Part shown: piece after piece, positions 58,392 to 64,000 of the stretch | Position numbering within the stretch: the stretch's first letter is position 1 | Layout of the letters: each line of letters starts with the position of its first letter | IMG/VR virus record: IMGVR_UViG_3300043411_001246 | Span: 7,458-71,457 of that record | Source: a virus | Direction: 5' to 3' (one strand) | DNA length: 64,000 nucleotides | The notes under the pieces: generated by a model | What the model was told of the DNA's origin: nothing | The model's input: the letters and a program-made list of their open reading frames with translations, nothing else | Databases searched by the model: none | Program-made: the position numbers and the translations under genes

Positions 58392-58645
58392 CCCAAGATG
58401 ATTTCACCGCCCGTGCCCTGGCCGCGTTCGAGTCCGTCGTGCCGGTGACCGACCGGATGCGCGAGGCCCTGGCTGCCGCCCTGCGCGCCTCGTGGGCGGC
58501 CACCCCGGCGCCCGTGTGGGGACCGGAGGCGCCGACGCTGCCGGCCAAGGGGGACCGATGGCGGGCCCTGTCCGACCGGGTGGACACCTTGCCCGATGTC
58601 GAGGTGTCCGCGCTGGCGTGTGGGCCCGGCGAGGGCGAGTCGTGA
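58388..58645 (+). CDS. hypothetical protein
   Basis: MTQDDF..., ATGA overlap. Confidence 0.5.
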   Translation: MTQDDFTARALAAFESVVPVTDRMREALAAALRASWAATPAPVWGPEAPTLPAKGDRWRALSDRVDTLPDVEVSALACGPGEGES

Positions 58646-58826
58646 AGCACATGATCGCCAGCCTCGTCTGCTTCGTGCTGCTGGGCCTCGCCGTCTACTT
58701 CACCCCGGACCCGAAGCCGCGACGGAGACGCAAGCCGTGACCCTCGAACACCGCGCCGCCGACGCGCTGGTGTGGCTCGTGATCGTCGCCGCGCTGTTCC
58801 TCGGCGGCACCTGCCTGCGCCCCGCG

Positions 58827-58867
58827 CCGACCCCCTCACCTGCACCCGTACCCTCCCGGACACCATG
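58827..58867 (+). promoter_or_regulatory. GACCCCTC-type promoter element
   Basis: CCGACC-16-TACCCT-10-ATG(58865); core has one extra C. Confidence 0.55.
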
Positions 58868-59080
58868 ACCCACGGCATACGACGCCACGACCTGCCCGCG
58901 CTCTGGCTCACCCGCACCCCGACCGGCCCGGAGTGGGCGCCGTGGGGCCCGGCCGCCTACGCCTTCCCGACCGAGGCCGACGCCGCGCGCAAGGCCAGCG
59001 ACCTCGGCGTACTCCACGCCAGCATCGCACCGTGCCCCTCGCCGGCTGCGGCGTCCGTGCCGCCGGGGGTGCCGTCGTGA
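58865..59080 (+). CDS. hypothetical protein
   Basis: MTHGIRRHD..AYAFPTEADA. Confidence 0.55.
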   Translation: MTHGIRRHDLPALWLTRTPTGPEWAPWGPAAYAFPTEADAARKASDLGVLHASIAPCPSPAAASVPPGVPS

Positions 59081-59739
59081 CGTGGGGCGCACACGTTGTG
59101 GACAGCGTGCTCGCCGGGGCGTTCTGCGACGCCGCGCGCAGCCTCGCCGGGCTGTCGTGGGGCAACCCGGCCACCCGCGCGGAGATGGCCCAGCGGCTCG
59201 CCCCCAAGGACCGCCCGGACGATGCGCTGGCGATGAGCGCGGCGCAGAGCAACTGCGCCATCGCGACCTGCGCGGCCCTGTACGAGACCGGGGTGGACGG
59301 GCTGGTGCGGGGCTTCAGGAACAAGCCGGCGTGTGACCCCCTGCGCGAGCCGCGGGTCAGGCGGTACGACGCCGTGATCTACCTCGGTGTCCTGGCCGAC
59401 CAGACCGGCACCCGGCGGCCCCCGTGCGCGGGCGCCGACCTGTTGCCCGGGTCGTGGCTGCTGATCGGCGGCGGCCCGGCCTACGGTGGCGGGGCGCATG
59501 TCGTGATGGTCGTCGGGGTGCGCGACGACGGCACCATCGACACCGTGGAGGGCGGCAAGCTCGACCCCGGCAACCCGCGCACGGGGGCCGAGAAATGCAC
59601 CGCCATCCTGGCCGACCACCGGGAAGTCTATCGCGAGCGTGACGGGTCCTTCTGGATGCGTGACGCAGGCACCACGAGGCCGGGCCGGCGCGTCATCTAC
59701 TGGTGCTGGGTGGGCGACCTGCCGACCCTGCCGGGCTGA
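59077..59739 (+). CDS. CHAP-like peptidoglycan hydrolase (putative)
   Basis: SNCAIA (Cys) and AHVVMVVG..TIDTVEGG (His/Glu) arrangement. Confidence 0.55.
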   Translation: MTWGAHVVDSVLAGAFCDAARSLAGLSWGNPATRAEMAQRLAPKDRPDDALAMSAAQSNCAIATCAALYETGVDGLVRGFRNKPACDPLREPRVRRYDAVIYLGVLADQTGTRRPPCAGADLLPGSWLLIGGGPAYGGGAHVVMVVGVRDDGTIDTVEGGKLDPGNPRTGAEKCTAILADHREVYRERDGSFWMRDAGTTRPGRRVIYWCWVGDLPTLPG

Positions 59740-59772
59740 CCCCTCACCGGGCGGGCGCAGAGTGTGGCCATG
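59736..59772 (+). promoter_or_regulatory. GACCCCTC leaderless promoter element
   Basis: CTGACC-16-CAGAGT-6-ATG(59770). Confidence 0.75.
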
Positions 59773-60252
59773 CCGCTCCTGTTCGTTGCCAAACAACCCA
59801 ACGGGCTCTATGCCCTCTATGACGCCGAGCGTTCCGACGTGACCGAGACCAACCTGTCTCGGGCCGAGGTCGAACGCGCCAAACTCCACACCGGAGACGC
59901 CGACCGCGAGACCCGGAACTACAACTATCTGGGCATCGGCGACGGCGACCCGCCCACCATGACCCGGTGGGAGGCCATCCTGCGCATGATGCGGGGGCGT
60001 GACGCAGCCCGCGCGGAACACCTGACCCTCTGCGGCGAGGCCGCCGTGCCGGGCGCGCACCCGCCTTTCGCGCCGCTGCGCATGATGTCCGACGGCGAGG
60101 CGCGGCAAGAGTTGGAGACGCTGCGCCGGGCCGTGCTCGCCATCTACGCCCGCGTGGAGGACTACTCCACGCCAAGCCACCCGCTCAAGTACGAGGCGCG
60201 CGACATTCTCGAATCGGTGTTGTGGAAGTGGTCTCTCTCGGACAAGGGCTGA
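59770..60252 (+). CDS. hypothetical protein
   Basis: Starts at the element ATG; KQPNGLY motif. Confidence 0.7.
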   Translation: MPLLFVAKQPNGLYALYDAERSDVTETNLSRAEVERAKLHTGDADRETRNYNYLGIGDGDPPTMTRWEAILRMMRGRDAARAEHLTLCGEAAVPGAHPPFAPLRMMSDGEARQELETLRRAVLAIYARVEDYSTPSHPLKYEARDILESVLWKWSLSDKG

Positions 60253-60256
60253 CCCA

Positions 60257-60733
60257 ATGCCAACCCCAGCCGACATCGCCCACGAGGCGATCTGTGCTTA
60301 CCTCTCGGGCCGCGCCTCGCTCTTCTACCTGCGCACCAAGTTGCTTGATGCGTCCGTGGCCTTGGCCGACCAATGCGCCGACGCGGAGCAGGCCCGCGCC
60401 GTGTCCGACCCGATCATCTGGGTGAGTGAAGTGGACCGCGGGCACCACACCGAGGACGAACTGCGCGCCCTACTGTCCGACCTCGTAACCCCGGTGAAGT
60501 TCGCCGCGTGGGTCATGCTGGATCAAACGTGGGGATACGTGCCGCTAGACCCGGAAGAAAGTGCCACGACGCAGCACGGCAGGGCCGGTCTGTGGAACAC
60601 GCGCGAAGAGGCACAGGCGGCCCACGATGCCTACCTGACCGACATCAAGGAAGAGTACCGGGACCGGGTGAGCGGCGGCGTCGAGATCGTGTTTGACGTG
60701 GCCGAGTTTCAGGCCCGCATGGACACGTGGTGA
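60257..60733 (+). CDS. hypothetical protein
   Basis: 158-aa ORF with typical codon bias. Confidence 0.65.
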   Translation: MPTPADIAHEAICAYLSGRASLFYLRTKLLDASVALADQCADAEQARAVSDPIIWVSEVDRGHHTEDELRALLSDLVTPVKFAAWVMLDQTWGYVPLDPEESATTQHGRAGLWNTREEAQAAHDAYLTDIKEEYRDRVSGGVEIVFDVAEFQARMDTW

Positions 60734-60884
60734 CGTGCGCCGAGCCCGGCCCGTGGTGCGAGGGCACCGCCTACGGGTGGCGGCCTGACCTCGCCACCGG
60801 GGCGCTGGCCTACGCGGGTCGGCCGCTGTCGGTGTGCCGCATCCTACTCGGCGGCCTGGTGCCGCCCGTCTGCGAGGTGACCCG

Positions 60885-61622
60885 ATGACCAGCCCGCTAC
60901 GTGCCAGCGTCCGCTCTGCGTTCTTCGGCTTCAACGTCGGCAACGAGGGCTTGATCCTTTTTCTCTACGCCGACTCGAAAAATCTGATCACAGCCGGCGT
61001 GGGCAATTTGGCAGACACCATCCCGCGCGCCCTGACCCTGCCACTGCGCCGGCCTGACGGCACTCTTGCCTCACCGGCCGAGATCGAGGCCGACTGGTGG
61101 GCCGTCCGCAACCACCCGGACGCGGCCCGACTCGGCGCCCCGTTGGCCGCGAAGCTCACCCGCCTCCGCATGACCCGCGAGGATGTCGTGGCGCTGGTGG
61201 CCACACGGCGCGACCAGAACGCGGCCGAACTGGCCCGGCGCTTCCCGGGCTTCCCGTCCTGGCCGGCGTCGGCGCAGATGGCCGCCATGTCGCTCGCATG
61301 GGCGGCGGGCACCGGCTTCCGCTTCCCGAAGTGCGCCGCCGCTCTGGCCGCCGGGGACTTCGCCACCGCGGCCGACGAGTGCAAGATCGACGAGACCATG
61401 ACGAAGGGCGTCGTCCACCGCAACGCCAGCAACCGCCTGCTGTTCCTGGCCGCCGCGTGGGTGGCCGACACGGGCGCCGACCCGGAGCCGCTGCGGTGGG
61501 CGCCGCCGGCTGACGAGGCCCCGACCCCGGAGCCGGGCCCCACCCTGCGCGACGAGGCCATGCGAGCGTGGGGGATGCAGATCCCGGTGGAGAACGAGCC
61601 GCCGCCGAGCGGGCGGGGTTGA
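60885..61622 (+). CDS. endolysin, lysozyme-fold (GH24-like)
   Basis: NEGLILFLYADSKNLITAGVGNL (E-x7-D-x5-T), FPKC..A..GDF..AADEC, RN. Confidence 0.75.
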   Translation: MTSPLRASVRSAFFGFNVGNEGLILFLYADSKNLITAGVGNLADTIPRALTLPLRRPDGTLASPAEIEADWWAVRNHPDAARLGAPLAAKLTRLRMTREDVVALVATRRDQNAAELARRFPGFPSWPASAQMAAMSLAWAAGTGFRFPKCAAALAAGDFATAADECKIDETMTKGVVHRNASNRLLFLAAAWVADTGADPEPLRWAPPADEAPTPEPGPTLRDEAMRAWGMQIPVENEPPPSGRG

Positions 61623-61734
61623 CGACACCTCGCCCGGGTGCGATCCTTGGACCTCACGCCGGGCAACCGGCACCAGCCGTCAGGGAGTGGCGGACCCTCG
61701 TTAGCCCTCACGGGCGCCGCGTTCTCTCACCGAT

Positions 61735-61767
61735 GCCCCTGGACCCTCACCCGGTCCGGGGGCTTTC
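61735..61767 (+). terminator. rho-independent terminator between convergent gene blocks
   Basis: GCCCCTGGACC-loop-GGTCCGGGGGC followed by TTTC. Confidence 0.65.
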
Positions 61768-61768
61768 G

Positions 61769-62185
61769 TCATTTTGTGGCGCCGAGCTTGGCCAGCGCCC
61801 ACTCTCGCGGGTGCAGGTCGCTGGCCTCCAACTCGGCCTGCATGGCGTCCTCCTCCGGGGTGCCCTGCATCACCTCGCGGGACCGCTCGGCCACGCCCTC
61901 GCTCAGGATGAACCGGGCCCCGGTGATGCCGACCCGCACCGTGATCCAGTCGCCGTAATCCAGCAGAGCTGCCGGCAGGCCGGGCGACCCGTAGGGCGGC
62001 ACGTCCGGGCAAGTCGCGGCGACCAGCGCCCGAGCGCGACGCTCGGCAATCTGCTGCGCCGTGTGCCCGGTCTGGGCGTGCCCCGGGTAGCGAGAATCGC
62101 CGTACACGTTGGAGCCAGGGAGAGGGCGGCGACCCTCTAGCCGGGCGTCGATCTCTCCGAAAACTGCGTCGCTGAATGAACCCAT
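61769..62185 (-). CDS. hypothetical protein
   Basis: 138-aa ORF with AGGAG Shine-Dalgarno. Confidence 0.65.
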   Translation of the reverse strand: MGSFSDAVFGEIDARLEGRRPLPGSNVYGDSRYPGHAQTGHTAQQIAERRARALVAATCPDVPPYGSPGLPAALLDYGDWITVRVGITGARFILSEGVAERSREVMQGTPEEDAMQAELEASDLHPREWALAKLGATK

Positions 62186-62266
62186 GATGTCGGTCTCCTG
62201 TTGCTGCCGCTGGGCGTTTGCGTCGCCCGTCGTGGTGAGTCTTGTTACTGTCCCGGTCTGACCGAG

Positions 62267-62294
62267 AATCTACGCCGGCCAGGGGAGGGGTCGC
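62267..62294 (-). promoter_or_regulatory. GACCCCTC promoter element (minus strand, leadered)
   Basis: GCGACC-16-TAGATT upstream of the 62185 gene. Confidence 0.6.
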
Positions 62295-62295
62295 G

Positions 62296-62883
62296 CTACT
62301 TGCCCCAGCGCATCGCCAGCCACCGCCGGGCGTCCACGGCGCCGACGCGCATGGGCCTCTCCTCGCTCGCCGCCACCAGCTCGCCGTCGCGTACCAGCCG
62401 CCGCACCGCGTCCGGGCTGGTGCCGCCGAGGGCCGCCAACTGGGCCACCGTCAGGGGCGACCCGCCGGCCAGCGCCTCTCGCCCGAGGGCGGCGGTGATG
62501 ACCAGGGCGAGGCGGTCCTCCAAGCTCTCGGGGTCCAGGTCGTCCACATCGACCTCGCCCGACAGCCACCTGGCCAGCACGGGCGGGAAGGCTCCCGTGC
62601 CCGATGCCAGCGGGCTGCACAGGAGCGGCATCAACTCGACGGCGTAGGACTCCACCGCGTCCTCTAGCTCGCCCTCGCCCCGCGCGTACCGGGCAAGGTC
62701 GGCCACCGTGAAGGCCAGGCCGGTGTCGCCGTTCGGGCCGCTGACGTGGACGGTGTACCCGGGCGAGAGGGGCAGGGACAGCCTGCCGACGTGGGCGGCG
62801 ATCGCTTCGGCGCAGGCGCGGCCGAGGTCAGCGGGGTCGATCTGTTGGAGACGTAGGGACGTGGGGTTGGTAGGGCGTGCCAT
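62296..62883 (-). CDS. protein with C-terminal HTH
   Basis: LTVAQLAALGGTSPDAVRRLVRDGEL..ARRWL. Confidence 0.7.
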   Translation of the reverse strand: MARPTNPTSLRLQQIDPADLGRACAEAIAAHVGRLSLPLSPGYTVHVSGPNGDTGLAFTVADLARYARGEGELEDAVESYAVELMPLLCSPLASGTGAFPPVLARWLSGEVDVDDLDPESLEDRLALVITAALGREALAGGSPLTVAQLAALGGTSPDAVRRLVRDGELVAASEERPMRVGAVDARRWLAMRWGK

Positions 62884-62943
62884 CAACACCGCAAGCCCGG
62901 CCCCCGCGAGAGGGTCAGGCGAGGGTGGCGGGCGGGGTGCGTC

Positions 62944-63594
62944 TCACTCGTCGGCGTAGGACTCGAACAGGTTGTCCTGCGCGAAGTCTTCGTTTTCCTG
63001 AAGCTCGCTCGGCTGCCCGTCGTCCTCGTCCTCCGCGTCGTCGGCCATCAACTCGACCACGTAGGCCACGGCGGCCCGGCACGACGCGCTGACGAGGCTG
63101 CGCCAGTCATCACGCTCGGTCGGGTCGGCGTAGCCGGCGTCGCGCAGTTCGTCGTGCAGCACGTCAAAGTTGCAGTTTTCCAGGCCGCGCGCAGCCTCGT
63201 CCTCGTCGTCAATGCCGTCCGGGTAGCAGCGCTGGCCCACCATCTCCTCGCCCCACTCGCGGCCCACGCGGTCGGCGATGGTCTCCGGGGTCTCGCGGTC
63301 GGTGGCGCAGTAGGTGACTTCCAGCAGGTCGTCGCCGTCGCCGTACGCGCCCAGCACCACGTCACGGCCGGTGATGCGCTTGACCTCGGCCACGATCTCC
63401 TCGTCCGTGGGCCAGTCGGCGTTACCGTGGTCGCGCTCCTCCTCGCCCTCGTCGTTCAGGACCAGCGGGGCGGCGGTCTCGGGGATGCGCACCGACAGGG
63501 ACAGGAAGGCGGTCTCGTTGCCGCTGGCGTTGAGCACGGTGACGGTGAAGGCGGGGGTGGTCTCGGTGGCGGGGGTCGTGGTAGAGAGGGTCAT
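62944..63594 (-). CDS. acidic hypothetical protein
   Basis: Very D/E-rich 216-aa ORF with GGAG upstream. Confidence 0.65.
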   Translation of the reverse strand: MTLSTTTPATETTPAFTVTVLNASGNETAFLSLSVRIPETAAPLVLNDEGEEERDHGNADWPTDEEIVAEVKRITGRDVVLGAYGDGDDLLEVTYCATDRETPETIADRVGREWGEEMVGQRCYPDGIDDEDEAARGLENCNFDVLHDELRDAGYADPTERDDWRSLVSASCRAAVAYVVELMADDAEDEDDGQPSELQENEDFAQDNLFESYADE

Positions 63595-63678
63595 GGTCTT
63601 GCTCCAGTCGGTTGGGGTGGGACATAGGGCCCGGGTGGTGTTTGCGTCACCGTCCGGGCCTCGCCGTTTGATGTTCAG

Positions 63679-63714
63679 AGTATGTGCCCAGTTGTCTCTT
63701 AGCGCAAGAGACAA
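63679..63714 (-). promoter_or_regulatory. leftward promoter with overlapping inverted repeat
   Basis: gtctcTTGCGC-17-CATACT; IR TTGTCTCTT-agcgc-AAGAGACAA 63692-63714; same gtctcTTGCGC as at 370-380. Confidence 0.55.
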
Positions 63715-63727
63715 TCGACAGGGCCTG

Positions 63728-64000
63728 TTACTTTTCTTTCTTCGCAGCCGTTTTCGGCTTCCTCCCGACCTTGGCCACCAGCGCGGGCGCCCCGTCCAGG
63801 GCCACCCGGGCTCCGCTCGCGTCGCCGGCCAGGGTCGCCAGCGCGGCTCGACAGGCGGCCACCACGGCGGCGCCGCGGTCCACGGCGAGGGCGGCGGCCA
63901 GCTCGTCCACGGCGGCCAGCCCGTCCACGGCGAGCCACAGCTTGACTTGGGCCCGTGTGCGGCTGGCCTCCTCGGCGGCGAAGTCTCGGCGGGGGCGTGT
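63728..64000 (-). CDS. hypothetical protein (start possibly outside the window)
   Basis: Open frame ending in a Lys-rich C-terminus. Confidence 0.45.
   Translation of the reverse strand, partial: TRPRRDFAAEEASRTRAQVKLWLAVDGLAAVDELAAALAVDRGAAVVAACRAALATLAGDASGARVALDGAPALVAKVGRKPKTAAKKEK

Noticed and set aside
62884-62918. Minus-strand CTGACCCTCTC before ATG 62883
   Set aside because: The core is degenerate and the -10 position lacks the conserved A and T, so it was not counted.
1-64000. Phage-encoded tRNA or release factor that would explain TTA usage
   Set aside because: No cloverleaf or GGQ-type release factor was recognised, so any recoding machinery would be host-encoded or outside the window.

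Overview
A very GC-rich, almost complete tailed-phage genome of myovirus type. The host is probably a myxobacterium, inferred only from a GYF_2 protein and a Gly-linker lipoprotein. Order on the + strand: a switch region with CTAA-N6-TTAG operators and a repeat-flanked RelE/HigB toxin module; Cro/CII-like and antirepressor-like regulators; replication initiator with iterons; DnaB; about 40 small accessory genes (9.6-25 kb); terminase, Mu-like portal, protease and capsid; contractile tail and baseplate; fibres; a lysis region interleaved with accessory genes; then leftward genes. No integrase, transposase or CI repressor was recognised. Two signals stand out. (1) In a by-eye scan, all five in-frame TTA codons in probable genes sit where a stop is expected (four clearly, one less so) and none is internal, suggesting TTA acts as a fourth stop codon or a conditional one. 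(2) About 21 copies of a fixed-geometry element, nnGACC-CCTC..(16 nt)-nAnnnT-(6-7 nt)-ATG, look like leaderless promoters. They head accessory-gene units and often supply the stop codon of the upstream gene. All product calls come from motifs recognised by eye; no database search was run.
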